Virus record (IMG/VR): IMGVR_UViG_3300017791_000021 | Span: 47,016 to 111,015 of that record | Length of the DNA stretch: 64,000 nucleotides | Reading direction: 5' to 3' (one strand) | From: a virus | Lineage: Duplodnaviria; Caudoviricetes | Part shown: piece by piece, positions 1-9,209 of the stretch | Numbering within the stretch: position 1 is the stretch's first letter | Layout: each line of letters opens with the position of its first letter | The notes under the pieces: generated by a model | The model's input: only the letters and a program-made list of their open reading frames with translations | Told to the model about the DNA's origin: nothing | Databases searched by the model: none | Made by a program: the position numbers and the translations under genes

Positions 1-1157
1 TCACGCCAAATAGGACGGAGATAGTTGAAATCAGTAAGCGTGGACTGAATAGTTCCGAAGATAGCAGCAGCCTTGATCTTATCCATAAGATCTAATAGAG
101 AATCCTCTGGATTAACTACCACGGTTGATAGATTACAGAACTGATATGGTCGCAGGATGATTTCGGAGCAGGGATTTGTGCCGTAATCAATCGAATCGGA
201 TCTCTTTCCGTACTTTGCAGCCTGCTTTTGGGAGGCTTCTCTATTGAAAATACCTCTCTCGCCTGACTTGGAATCATAAATAGTCTTCCATTCCTGCATG
301 AATACAGATTGTGTTGGACGCTTATCGTAAACCGCAGAGACGTTAGCCAGTCCACGGTACTGATGCTCAATGTACCACTCACCTGACTTAGCTGTGGCTA
401 GATCCTGGTCATCAAGATCAGTCAGAGCAATCAGAGCGGAACGACGCACGCCACCTACGACTACAACAGATGCAATCTTGCAGACGATATCAAACACTTC
501 AAGGGTGGTCAACTTACGACCGACAGCGTTGGTAAAGATCTTGGTGACGAACTCAAACAGTTCTACCAGCGGTTCAGGACCACTGGAACGGCCTCCAAAC
601 GTCTTCAGACGGCTGCCTGCGGGGCGAACACCACTGACATCCCATGTGGGTATGATCCCCACGTACAAGGCTGCCACAACGGCTCTCAGAGCCTTGGCCC
701 AACCCTCTTTGGAGTCCTCTACAACGACGTGAAAATCAATAGTACGTAGATCACCACGACCAACGACAGGAAGTTTGTCAACGTATCTCTTTTCTACTGA
801 GAAACCTACACCAGTTCCATTCATGAGAATATACAGCAGCTCATCGAAAGCCACTACGTCATCAATGGGTAGATAGGAACAGTTGTATCCAGCAATATTG
901 GAACGCTCCAGTGCTGGACCAGCAGTCATCAGGGCACGCATTGAGCCCAAAGCTTCCAGCCCTACAAACTTCTCCCTAAGGAATGGGAGATCGGCTGACA
1001 AATCATAAGAATAATTCTCTGCTAGATGCTCTGATAGAAAATTGAGATATCTATCAGAACTCTCCTCCCAAAATTCTCTTCGTTGATTCTCCTCATCCCA
1101 GCGGGCGTATCGAGAAATGGCAATGAAAGACTGATATGGGCTCATATGTGTGGTCAC
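1..1157 (-). CDS. nrdJ: Class II (B12-dependent) ribonucleotide reductase, C-terminus beyond the window edge
   Basis: Absent from the ORF track; hand translation from GTG 1157 (GGAG 9 nt upstream) or ATG 1145 gives SRYARW, SMRALMTAGPAL, YNCSY, GTGVGFSV, LKTFGGRSSGPEPL, VVVGGVRRSALI and the thiyl-radical motif TNPCSEIILRPYQFCNL. Confidence 0.93.
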   Translation of the reverse strand, partial: MTTHMSPYQSFIAISRYARWDEENQRREFWEESSDRYLNFLSEHLAENYSYDLSADLPFLREKFVGLEALGSMRALMTAGPALERSNIAGYNCSYLPIDDVVAFDELLYILMNGTGVGFSVEKRYVDKLPVVGRGDLRTIDFHVVVEDSKEGWAKALRAVVAALYVGIIPTWDVSGVRPAGSRLKTFGGRSSGPEPLVELFEFVTKIFTNAVGRKLTTLEVFDIVCKIASVVVVGGVRRSALIALTDLDDQDLATAKSGEWYIEHQYRGLANVSAVYDKRPTQSVFMQEWKTIYDSKSGERGIFNREASQKQAAKYGKRSDSIDYGTNPCSEIILRPYQFCNLSTVVVNPEDSLLDLMDKIKAAAIFGTIQSTLTDFNYLRPIWR

Positions 1158-1191
1158 GTTATACTACTCCGCTGGGATGAGTGGTTTATAT

Positions 1192-1590
1192 TTACAGGTG
1201 TTCTCCGCCACCAGCATTCAGGGTGGCAATTGCGCCTTGCATTGTCTGATTATCTCCAGACTGGCGTGCTGGCTGTGCTTCTCCCGGCTTTGTCTGGAGA
1301 CTTCTTTCTCCGTAGCCAGACTGCTCAAAGCGAGGGTGATATCCGCACTCTCCACAGGCGATAGCATATGACCCCATTGTCATGTACTTGTCGCTCCCAC
1401 AGCCAGGACAGCGCCCACCTTCCTTAAGGCGGACGCTGGGAGTGTATTCCTGTTCCTGGCTAGGGATACTCTGAGAAGGCGGAGTTGCTGGGGGTATATT
1501 CGGTGAATTGTAAACCGGGTAGAGATCCCTTGACGGGAGTACCGCTGGCTTTACTTGTTCACCATTAAGTTTGTTCGCCCAAAAACTCAT
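1192..1590 (-). CDS. Hypothetical protein with Zn-ribbon
   Basis: CPGCGS...CGECGY cysteine pairs; in operon. Confidence 0.7.
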   Translation of the reverse strand: MSFWANKLNGEQVKPAVLPSRDLYPVYNSPNIPPATPPSQSIPSQEQEYTPSVRLKEGGRCPGCGSDKYMTMGSYAIACGECGYHPRFEQSGYGERSLQTKPGEAQPARQSGDNQTMQGAIATLNAGGGEHL

Positions 1591-2008
1591 CTGTTTCTCC
1601 GTATTGTATTAATCCTTTTTGAAGCATATGAGAGACAACTGTTTCTGCAATAGCTGTTCCCAATTTCACATTGTGAATCCTGAATTTGAGTTTTTCTTCA
1701 TCAGGCAACTCACTCATCATTTCGTCATTACGAATGAGTGCCAAAGAAGCGGACTCCGCTGCCATATAACACAGCAATGAGAAGTCCATACCAAAGGGAA
1801 GCATTGAATGCTTGCGAGTCCACATCTCTTTAGCTTCAGCTTCAAGGACATCAGGACTAGCAGGCTGTTGACCATACTTCCCTGGCTCATCACGCATTCG
1901 AGTGGGGCCAATCATGTCCCACATCATCGAACGGGAAAGTTCAGTGGTAAGCGCCTGCCACGGGTCAATGGGCGCGACAGGCGATACCTCTTCGAACGGA
2001 TCTACCAT
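1565..2008 (-). CDS. Hypothetical protein
   Basis: 147-aa ORF abutting the polA stop. Confidence 0.7.
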   Translation of the reverse strand: MVDPFEEVSPVAPIDPWQALTTELSRSMMWDMIGPTRMRDEPGKYGQQPASPDVLEAEAKEMWTRKHSMLPFGMDFSLLCYMAAESASLALIRNDEMMSELPDEEKLKFRIHNVKLGTAIAETVVSHMLQKGLIQYGETDEFLGEQT

Positions 2009-4048
2009 TTATTCCTTCGCTTCCGACCATCTCTGGCACACTACGACATCACCAACATCCAATGGGACCTTGATGAGATCCTGAATTTCGCTACCAAGCA
2101 TAGCTTCTCTAAGCATTTCACTGCCTTCCTCTGCTCTATCTTCCGGACAAAGAATGACAAGCTCATCGTGCACTGAAAGAATCATGTGGATCTCTCGACC
2201 TGGATTCTTCAGGGCATCTTCTGATAGTAGCTTATGCATCCGTACCATTGCAAGCTTGATGATGTCACCAAGCGAACCCTGAACCAGACTGTTGATGACC
2301 TGACGCTCACCTCTTGCGAGAATAGAACGCTCAGCTCTCCAAGGCTGGGAAGGATCATACCATTCCAGCTTCGGAGCCTCCCGACGTGCTACCTCAGGAA
2401 GAACCTCCCATACCCTACGCTTGCGACCCATGAGGGTACGAATGTGCGGGTCAGTCTTACGGCTCTTGGCAAGCTTCAGGATGTAATCCTTGAACTTGTA
2501 GATCTCAGGGAATGCCTTACGGTGATCCTCTAGAAGTTGTTCGGCTTCTTCCACCGTAATCTTCAGCGTCTTTGCAACCTTATCCTTTTGTGCTCCATAA
2601 ACAATAGCGAAGTTCAGTGTCTTAGCTGCACTACGCATCCACTTCTCTACCTGATCAACTGGCACACCATAAACCAGCGCTGCTGTCTGAGTGTGCGCGT
2701 CAATCCCAGCATGGAAACCGTCGTACAGACCACCATATCCGATCATGGATGCCAGAATGCGCAGTTCCATCTGGCCATAGTCAGCCACAAGGAGCTTATA
2801 TCCAGGCGGAGCCATGAACAGACCACGAATCTTCTTACCGAGATCGGTATCCGGTCGTGGGATGTTCTGTAGATTTGGTTCCCTAGAAGAGAATCGACCT
2901 GTAACAGTACCATACTGAACCAGGTCGGTGTGAATACGTCCATCAAAAATACGACACGGCTTATCACTCTCTTCGTCACCAATGTATCCGATGACATACG
3001 TGTTGAGAATCTTAGCCATTTCCTGGTATTCCAGGAGTGCATCTACTACAGGATTCCCTGCGTACTTCTCCAGGGTTTCCGCGTCAGTAGATGGGAGACC
3101 TGTCTTCTTAGAGAACTTGAGAGGCTTTAGTGCTTGCCCTCCCTCTTTCTTTTTCCCGAATAGGATCTCCTGCTTTTGGGGAACTGAGTTAATGTTGAAT
3201 ACTTTACCAGCAGCACGATAGATTTTTGCTTCGATCAATTCGAGCTGATGAGTCAGGTCAACCTTCAGTTCCTCAATCGCCTGTACGTCCACAGGAGCGC
3301 CGATCAGGCCCATTTGGCAGCAGACTTCCGTCACCTGGTTTTCAAGCCCGGAGATGTCCTGTAGAGCCTCTTCTAGCAGGCGTGGAGTGAACTTCCTCCA
3401 CAGCAACCAGTCGTACCGAGCGTCAAGCAGGATGTACCGAGCAACAGAGGAGAACGGGTGAGCCTCAATGCACTTACCAACTTCCTCCTTGTCATAGTCT
3501 ACGCTGTAGTACCACTTGATAAGCGTCTTGAGCTTCTTAGCAATGGGACGCTTAGGTCCCGCTGCCATCTGCCCAATGTTCTCATCAATGAGCCACTGCT
3601 GAACAATGGTGTCCTCAAAAGGACCAGGGATAATCTCATCGTAGTACTTAGCGATAGAGATTACGTCGAACGTTTCGTTATGCGCAATCTTCTTGATCTT
3701 AGGATTGAAGAATAGCGGACGAAGAATTTCGAATACCACGCTGGGCTTTAGCTGTACAGGTGGAGCATCGTAGATCGGAGGATGGCTGACAAACTTCTTT
3801 GTCTCGGCATCCTTCTTTCGGTGTGCTCGCTGTAGCAGTACATCCCCGTTGGGATGACCCATAGGGATAGCAATGGTACGTCCGTGTGTAGCAAGAGCAA
3901 TCCACACCACGCTGTTCTGTGTCGGCACGCCACGAGTATTCGGGAGCGCTCCATCCATAGACTCAACGTCGAATGCAAAAGCATCCTGCCTCATGAAGTA
4001 AGCAACTTCTCTGCGAAGCTCTTCTTCAGTGAAGATTACGCCTTCCAT
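2009..4048 (-). CDS. polA: Family A DNA polymerase (3'-5' exonuclease + polymerase)
   Basis: Exo motifs FDVES, HNETFD, YILLDA; TGRFSSREPNLQNIP; motif A ADYGQMELR; motif B AKTLNFAIVYG; motif C VHDEL. Confidence 0.97.
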   Translation of the reverse strand: MEGVIFTEEELRREVAYFMRQDAFAFDVESMDGALPNTRGVPTQNSVVWIALATHGRTIAIPMGHPNGDVLLQRAHRKKDAETKKFVSHPPIYDAPPVQLKPSVVFEILRPLFFNPKIKKIAHNETFDVISIAKYYDEIIPGPFEDTIVQQWLIDENIGQMAAGPKRPIAKKLKTLIKWYYSVDYDKEEVGKCIEAHPFSSVARYILLDARYDWLLWRKFTPRLLEEALQDISGLENQVTEVCCQMGLIGAPVDVQAIEELKVDLTHQLELIEAKIYRAAGKVFNINSVPQKQEILFGKKKEGGQALKPLKFSKKTGLPSTDAETLEKYAGNPVVDALLEYQEMAKILNTYVIGYIGDEESDKPCRIFDGRIHTDLVQYGTVTGRFSSREPNLQNIPRPDTDLGKKIRGLFMAPPGYKLLVADYGQMELRILASMIGYGGLYDGFHAGIDAHTQTAALVYGVPVDQVEKWMRSAAKTLNFAIVYGAQKDKVAKTLKITVEEAEQLLEDHRKAFPEIYKFKDYILKLAKSRKTDPHIRTLMGRKRRVWEVLPEVARREAPKLEWYDPSQPWRAERSILARGERQVINSLVQGSLGDIIKLAMVRMHKLLSEDALKNPGREIHMILSVHDELVILCPEDRAEEGSEMLREAMLGSEIQDLIKVPLDVGDVVVCQRWSEAKE

Positions 4049-4312
4049 TTAATCGATATCCTCTCCGGGTGCCATGAACTGAATGAAGTAGTAGTCGTAT
4101 CCGTATTGTCCCTCCCTCTTGATGAGAACCATATCGTCCAGAGAATCCCAGTGCTCCCAAGAGTAGTCATCAAAGTGACCCTTCTTTTCCCACTCCTTCA
4201 GCTTTCCAAATGCTGTCTCGTATTCCCATGCGAACTGTACATCATCCTGATCATGCCTGCCATAGCCATCATAGACGTAGTGGCGGATCATCCAGATACC
4301 ATCAGGTTCCAT
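4049..4312 (-). CDS. Small acidic/aromatic hypothetical protein
   Basis: Start re-assigned to ATG 4312 behind AGGAGG. Confidence 0.7.
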   Translation of the reverse strand: MEPDGIWMIRHYVYDGYGRHDQDDVQFAWEYETAFGKLKEWEKKGHFDDYSWEHWDSLDDMVLIKREGQYGYDYYFIQFMAPGEDID

Positions 4313-4326
4313 CGTTCCTCCTAAGT

Positions 4327-4375
4327 AAAAGAGCCCCTTGACCAGTAGGTGTAATCTACCAGCCAAGGGGCTCTT
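4327..4375 (-). terminator. Intrinsic terminator-like hairpin
   Basis: AAGAGCCCCTTG / CAAGGGGCTCTT inverted repeat ending in TTTT on minus strand. Confidence 0.7.
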
Positions 4376-4384
4376 CGTCAATCA

Positions 4385-5113
4385 CTAGCTGCGGTTACGC
4401 TTCTGGGGAAGATCAGAAGGCAGAACCTCAGCCGCTACGTCCTCAAGGTAGTCCAGAGTGTTGATGTAGACAACCTCAGCGCCGTAACGATCCTCATTCA
4501 GCTCTGCAATCTCTTCCTCGTTCAGAGGCTCAAGAGAGTGCTCCTCAATCAGGTAGCGAGAACGAAGGAAGCCAACGTTCGTACCTGGAGCGGAGCGACC
4601 AGCCACCTTGACGTGACGAACCTCAAAGTAGGAACCGATGTCGTCAAGCGCTGCCTTCTCCTCAGCGATAGTCTGAAGCTGAGAAGAAACCTCAGTGCCG
4701 AACGTCCAAGTCTTAACCTCAGTCGGATCGTCAACCAGGTCAACAACGTTCATGACGAAGGTCCAGGACGCACGAACACCAGCCGCACACAGCGGGCAAC
4801 CGCTCTGAGTGCAAGTGTAGTAGCGGTTCTTGGAGTTGACGTAGTGTCGCTTGTACTTGACGGGCGGAGCGGCGTCAAGAATCTTGATAACGCGAGTACC
4901 AGCATCCTTCAGCTTGAGAACAGGTGCCTTAACAGTCTCGGCACGCTCCTCCTGCTTAGCACCCCAACCAGAGGAAACAGCAGAGCGAGTAACACGCGGA
5001 GCAGGGGTGTCAGCCTCATCAGAAGTGTAAACCTCGCGCTCAACGTCGTGCGGCATGTCCATGTTGGAAGTGTCAGCGTCAGAAGTGACACGGGTACGGG
5101 TGATCTTAGCCAT
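4385..5113 (-). CDS. Single-stranded DNA-binding protein (T4 gp32-like)
   Basis: H..C...CPLC Zn site, NVVD, W.FG..V pattern, acidic C-terminal part; located upstream of polA. Confidence 0.75.
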   Translation of the reverse strand: MAKITRTRVTSDADTSNMDMPHDVEREVYTSDEADTPAPRVTRSAVSSGWGAKQEERAETVKAPVLKLKDAGTRVIKILDAAPPVKYKRHYVNSKNRYYTCTQSGCPLCAAGVRASWTFVMNVVDLVDDPTEVKTWTFGTEVSSQLQTIAEEKAALDDIGSYFEVRHVKVAGRSAPGTNVGFLRSRYLIEEHSLEPLNEEEIAELNEDRYGAEVVYINTLDYLEDVAAEVLPSDLPQKRNRS

Positions 5114-5160
5114 TAATGTAGCTCCTTATTTGAATGCACTTGGGCATATAGGAAAGGTTA

Positions 5161-5427
5161 TTACGGAAGGACACGAGTAATCAAGGAACCCTTGTTACTC
5201 GTCATTGAGCGAGCCCATGTAAGGTCTGCGCCCTGAATCTCGTTCAGCATATCAGAGATTTCCTCTCCGACTGCACTGAGATCCGAATCAGCGGGAACGT
5301 TCTTCTTAATGCTAGTGAAGACTGACATCTTCTCATACTGGACGACAGCGAGTTCCCAGCTCCTTGAGTAGGTGATCTCTAGCGTATCACCTTGCTCTGA
5401 CACTGTCATCTTGTCGATCGGAATCAC
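5161..5427 (-). CDS. Hypothetical protein
   Basis: Start re-assigned to GTG 5427, overlapping the upstream TGA (GTGA coupling). Confidence 0.6.
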   Translation of the reverse strand: MIPIDKMTVSEQGDTLEITYSRSWELAVVQYEKMSVFTSIKKNVPADSDLSAVGEEISDMLNEIQGADLTWARSMTSNKGSLITRVLP

Positions 5428-5855
5428 GTCTGCAACAGGCTCTGAAACAACTTCAGGGCTTTCTGTTGAAACAACGTCTCCGACAGCCTCTTTCCTTTGT
5501 CTGGCAGCCATACTCCCTCTTCCTTTGCGATCTTGACCAACCCCTCAACCATAGCACGGGTGTACATTCTGCGTCTACCCCGTGGGTCTGCGGAAGGCTT
5601 GGTGTATGGAGACTTGGGTAGGATACCGTCTTGCTCCCACTTGCGCAAGGTCACTGCTGACCTATTGCCTAGGGCCTTGCCCAACTGGCCGATGGAAAAG
5701 AACTCTTGCTCTTTCCCACCGACCAGAAAGGTAAAGGGTTTGGCATCCCACTTCTCGGTTTCCTTCTCCTGTGCCTTGTTCATCTGCTCAAAGAGCAGTG
5801 GAACTTGAGAACCTGGGAAGGTCTTTAGAAATCTATCGATTTGGTCAGATGCCAA
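5424..5855 (-). CDS. MerR-like helix-turn-helix DNA-binding protein
   Basis: FSIGQLGKALGNRSAVTLRKWEQDGILP...RRMYT pattern. Confidence 0.8.
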   Translation of the reverse strand: MASDQIDRFLKTFPGSQVPLLFEQMNKAQEKETEKWDAKPFTFLVGGKEQEFFSIGQLGKALGNRSAVTLRKWEQDGILPKSPYTKPSADPRGRRRMYTRAMVEGLVKIAKEEGVWLPDKGKRLSETLFQQKALKLFQSLLQT

Positions 5856-6329
5856 TTAGTACCCACAATCATAGTCAAACTGAACGACAGACTCCGGAGT
5901 AACTACAATCTTGGTGTCATTACCGAATACAGAACGCAAGGCATCCTCAAATGCTCCATCATCAACAGGAACGTTGACCTTCAGTATCCAGGCACCGTCA
6001 GGGTGTGAACTGTAGTGCTCATAGTCGTATTCGTCGTAATAGATATCCTCATCAGGATAGGCGATTTCCATATCCGGCTCAGACTCCTCTAGCCAGGCAC
6101 GCGCAACTTCCGCGTTGGAAGTCAGCTTAGCCTCACGAACAGAGAACTCGCAAGGCTCTCCGTCGTTCCAACCAGGAGTGTACTGTTCCCACATGACTGC
6201 CTTGACACCCTGCTCAAAGGCTAGCTTAAAGTAGGGGTACAGCTCCTCAATGGGCTTCTGAATAGCACGAGACCAACCGCCGTAGCTTCCCTTTACTGCC
6301 ATACCCATAAACACAGTACTGTTACCCAT
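5856..6329 (-). CDS. Hypothetical phage protein
   Basis: WEQYTPGWNDGEPCEF motif; coupled to neighbours. Confidence 0.75.
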   Translation of the reverse strand: MGNSTVFMGMAVKGSYGGWSRAIQKPIEELYPYFKLAFEQGVKAVMWEQYTPGWNDGEPCEFSVREAKLTSNAEVARAWLEESEPDMEIAYPDEDIYYDEYDYEHYSSHPDGAWILKVNVPVDDGAFEDALRSVFGNDTKIVVTPESVVQFDYDCGY

Positions 6330-6716
6330 TTACTCTCCCTTATTGAATACGTCATTAAAGTTGCCAACTTCTTTGCGAATTGCCCCAGACATCCAACGAG
6401 TTTCATCAGAATTGTGTGGGATATTCTTCAGGTAATGCTCAGGACTTGGAAGGAATCCCAGATCCTCTACGATGTGCCGTTCTGCAATGAGACGAACAGG
6501 CACTTGAATTGTCTTAGTGTTCTTCTGAACAGCAATAGTCTTACCGAATAGATCCTCACACAGGTAAACACCTAGCGTGTGATGATACATGGCGCGATGA
6601 CGATAGTCACCGAATGTCTTCTTAGAGGAGTCAATGAATTCCTCAATAGGAAGATAGTCTTCTGGGGTACCGCCCCACTTGTGTGAGGCGGACACCGCAT
6701 GATACCAGCTATTCAA
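6330..6716 (-). CDS. DUF6915-like protein (His-rich, putative metal-binding)
   Basis: HAVSASHKWGG.PEDY, HRAMYHHTLG, AERHIVEDLGFLPS resemble DUF6915 as recalled. Confidence 0.65.
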   Translation of the reverse strand: MNSWYHAVSASHKWGGTPEDYLPIEEFIDSSKKTFGDYRHRAMYHHTLGVYLCEDLFGKTIAVQKNTKTIQVPVRLIAERHIVEDLGFLPSPEHYLKNIPHNSDETRWMSGAIRKEVGNFNDVFNKGE

Positions 6717-6900
6717 TTACTCGTACCTCATCGATCTCAAAGTTCTCCATGAAATGGTTCTCCAGATCAAAGTAGAGCTGATCGATAATGGGCTGCCAGT
6801 CTTCCAGCTCATCGGACTCAGCAATGGCGCGCTCAAGCTCAGGAGTGAGCGGAACGTACATGTTAGAGAAGCCCCAGAAGCTCACTACAGCAGTTCTCAT
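6709..6900 (-). CDS. Hypothetical protein
   Basis: Overlapping start/stop coupling with neighbours. Confidence 0.65.
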   Translation of the reverse strand: MRTAVVSFWGFSNMYVPLTPELERAIAESDELEDWQPIIDQLYFDLENHFMENFEIDEVRVIE

Positions 6901-7100
6901 CGGCCGTACTCCTTAACCTCAGCCTTGTAGGTCTTGTGCTCACCCTTGGCCCACTTGTACAGCTCCTCAGTGAATCCCCAGTCCGCGCGAAGCAGGTCAA
7001 GAGTCACGATGAAGTCAAGCAGCTCATCATTCGTAAGCTGATCAGACAACTCACGAGCAATGTACTCAGGGTCAAGAGGGATTACTACACTGAATTCCAC
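6897..7100 (-). CDS. Hypothetical protein
   Basis: GGAGG RBS, coupled ORF. Confidence 0.65.
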   Translation of the reverse strand: MEFSVVIPLDPEYIARELSDQLTNDELLDFIVTLDLLRADWGFTEELYKWAKGEHKTYKAEVKEYGR

Positions 7101-7339
7101 TATGCCTCCACGATTTCGAAATACTTATCAAGGTGAGCTTCGCACACGAGATCGACTTCATCCTCGTAATACCAAGCGTTGCGCATCATGTGCCCGTGAT
7201 CCTCTTCCACACTGCGACACTTGACGAGATAGTACACTTCCTGGTCATCCGGGTCAATCCAGATAGCCATGATCTCAATGGTTGCTGCGTTTCGGCCTAC
7301 CTCAAACTCGTTATTGAGGAATTGCCCAACCTCATACAC
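7100..7339 (-). CDS. Hypothetical protein
   Basis: Start re-assigned to GTG 7339 behind GGGAGG. Confidence 0.6.
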   Translation of the reverse strand: MYEVGQFLNNEFEVGRNAATIEIMAIWIDPDDQEVYYLVKCRSVEEDHGHMMRNAWYYEDEVDLVCEAHLDKYFEIVEA

Positions 7340-7619
7340 TAACAGCCTCCCAAGCAACGGTAGTGATCTCAACAGGATGAACCTGAGTGGCCTCTACGTA
7401 TCCGCGAGAGTCTTCCCATCGATCCTGTCCGTCTTGCATCTCGGTAGCAGGGTCCATGTAGTCAACCATGTAATGGTTTCCATCATCAGCCAGGAATACC
7501 AGCTCAAGAACGGAATACCAACGACGCTTGTCTACAGTTTCCTCATGGATAGCGCCCCATGGAAGGTCATACTGCTCTTCTAGTTCTTCTACAGTGAAGT
7601 TCCTGGTAATTGGTGCCAT
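7332..7619 (-). CDS. Hypothetical acidic phage protein
   Basis: RBS present; RRW...ELVF...Y...ATEMQ pattern. Confidence 0.7.
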   Translation of the reverse strand: MAPITRNFTVEELEEQYDLPWGAIHEETVDKRRWYSVLELVFLADDGNHYMVDYMDPATEMQDGQDRWEDSRGYVEATQVHPVEITTVAWEAVSV

Positions 7620-7630
7620 GCTATTCCTCT

Positions 7631-7674
7631 CTAGTTATCCATAACCACTCCCACATAGTGGGAATGATTAAAGC
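7631..7674 (-). promoter_or_regulatory. Intergenic hairpin element, type 1 copy A
   Basis: Minus strand GCTTTAATCA-stem/loop-TATGGA-TA-ACTAG, related to 8326-8372. Confidence 0.55.
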
Positions 7675-7676
7675 TA

Positions 7677-8315
7677 CTAGCAGTGATAGTCCACAACGGT
7701 GATAGCAAGGTTAGCTATCGGCTCTACGTCACGAAGGTAGTTCCAGTAATCATAGGCAGGATTCGGGGGGAATACAGAGTTGGGATCGCCATCCTCATAA
7801 CCCACACCATCCTTGTTGTACGTCTCTCGCTTGATGAACTCGCCATCAAGAGTCAGATAGGAATACGGACCGCTATCCATCCAATCATACTTACCATGAT
7901 TGCGCAAGGAAAGAGCATAGCCGATGGAAACAGTATTGACAGAACTTGTAGTAGAGACAACTCCTTCAAAGAACTTGCGCGCCTCACTGGTCTCCCAGTA
8001 GTTATCCCAGCGTCCACCGATAACCCACCAATCCCAGTAACCCTGAGGATTCCAGGTGCTCAGCTTATAAGCGCCCTTCTCATCGGTGTAGGTGACAGAA
8101 TTACTCCAGGAGAACGGGATCACATCGTTAGGGTCATCACCTTCGTGATAGCCCTTCTCGGCATACCATGCATTCGCGCTAGCAATCTCCTTCTCGCTGT
8201 AGTAATCCTTATACTCAGGAACTTCCAGCTCCTCATAAAAAGGAGTCATCTTTTCCGTGATGTATTCCTCCACATCAACATCAGCAGGATGAATAACGTG
8301 CAGTACGTAGTGCAT
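7677..8315 (-). CDS. Hypothetical phage protein with NPxGxWDWWVIGGRW motif
   Basis: GAGGAG RBS; WDWW.IGGRW and C-terminal VVDYHC motifs common in phage proteins. Confidence 0.8.
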   Translation of the reverse strand: MHYVLHVIHPADVDVEEYITEKMTPFYEELEVPEYKDYYSEKEIASANAWYAEKGYHEGDDPNDVIPFSWSNSVTYTDEKGAYKLSTWNPQGYWDWWVIGGRWDNYWETSEARKFFEGVVSTTSSVNTVSIGYALSLRNHGKYDWMDSGPYSYLTLDGEFIKRETYNKDGVGYEDGDPNSVFPPNPAYDYWNYLRDVEPIANLAITVVDYHC

Positions 8316-8325
8316 ATTCTCTCCT

Positions 8326-8372
8326 CTAGTAGTCCATAGACAGAGCTAGGTTTCCCTAGCCCTGACTAAAGC
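8326..8372 (-). promoter_or_regulatory. Intergenic hairpin element, type 1 copy B
   Basis: Minus strand GCTTTAGTCA-stem/GAAA loop-TATGGA-CT-ACTAG. Confidence 0.55.
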
Positions 8373-8375
8373 ATA

Positions 8376-8723
8376 CTAGCGGTGACGACGAGTCGTAGTA
8401 CGACGCTTGGTGGTCGTGTGCTTCGTAGTCGTAGTGTGCTTGGTGGTGGTACGAGAACCATTGCTGTGAACAGTGGTAGTCGTGTTGTGCTGAACAGTCA
8501 CGTGGTGCGAGGTGACGTAGCTGCTGCTGACGTGGTGCACAGGGTGCAGGTGGTTATTGTACAGACTTGTGTGGCTGTGGTAGTAGCGGTAAGGAACGTA
8601 GACGTAGTGTCCGTGATCCCATACCTGCTCATACCCACCGTCGCTGTATCCGCCGTTACCACACGCAGTAGCACCGGTCAGGATGACAGCAGCCGTACCG
8701 ACAGCAGCAAGAAACTTCTTCAA
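8376..8723 (-). CDS. Lipoprotein with His/Thr-rich and basic tail
   Basis: Signal peptide MKKFLAAV...ATAC lipobox; HTTTTK repeats. Confidence 0.75.
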   Translation of the reverse strand: MKKFLAAVGTAAVILTGATACGNGGYSDGGYEQVWDHGHYVYVPYRYYHSHTSLYNNHLHPVHHVSSSYVTSHHVTVQHNTTTTVHSNGSRTTTKHTTTTKHTTTKRRTTTRRHR

Positions 8724-8741
8724 CGTTCTCTCCCTTGTGAG

Positions 8742-9209
8742 TTATACCTTTGTTGGATTGAAGCTCCACGATACAGTCACATCAAAGAAGCTGTCAAGCT
8801 CCTCTTGACTGATCATGTCTTGCACGAACAGGTCCCACAGTACATCCTGATCGACGTGTTGTACAGTCACGATCACACCGGAATTTGAGACAAGATCATC
8901 CCAACCCATCCAATGCTCATCCTCACTGTTCGCACGCTCCGTCAGGAAGTCGATGACGCGCTGTTCGTTGAGAACCTTACTCACCTTCTTGGTCTTTTGC
9001 AAGCTTGCGTACTCCTTGCCGTTGACCTTCAGGGGTTCTGCGAACGGTATCACATGAGAGCCGCGAGTGTTAGTGTCTGCATCCCGTAGGTACGGTTCCA
9101 ACTCTCGCTTGATGCCCTCTTGCAGAGCCTTTCTATCAGCTATCTCCTGGTTGAGCAAGAGGTACGCTGCCACCTTGGCCTTGATGGATGTATCAGATGT
9201 TAAGGCCAT
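8742..9209 (-). CDS. Hypothetical protein
   Basis: 155-aa ORF with AGGAG RBS. Confidence 0.75.
   Translation of the reverse strand: MALTSDTSIKAKVAAYLLLNQEIADRKALQEGIKRELEPYLRDADTNTRGSHVIPFAEPLKVNGKEYASLQKTKKVSKVLNEQRVIDFLTERANSEDEHWMGWDDLVSNSGVIVTVQHVDQDVLWDLFVQDMISQEELDSFFDVTVSWSFNPTKV

Noticed and set aside
116-382. Possible frameshift or intron in the RNR near the NPC motif
   Set aside because: Hand translation runs in one frame through KYGKRSDSIDYGTNPCSEI; no interruption seen
116-1371. ORF-track entries 116-382, 370-732, 1083-1364 and 1150-1371
   Set aside because: Shadow frames of the ribonucleotide reductase (1-1157, minus) and its upstream gene
2009-4048. Intein or intron in polA, and likewise in DnaB or TerL
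   Set aside because: Lengths are normal and no intein termini (C...HN) or LAGLIDADG blocks are visible
8395-8450. Short tandem gtcgt/gtagt repeats as a possible CRISPR or VNTR
   Set aside because: They encode the Thr-rich tail of the lipoprotein; no repeat-spacer periodicity and no cas genes
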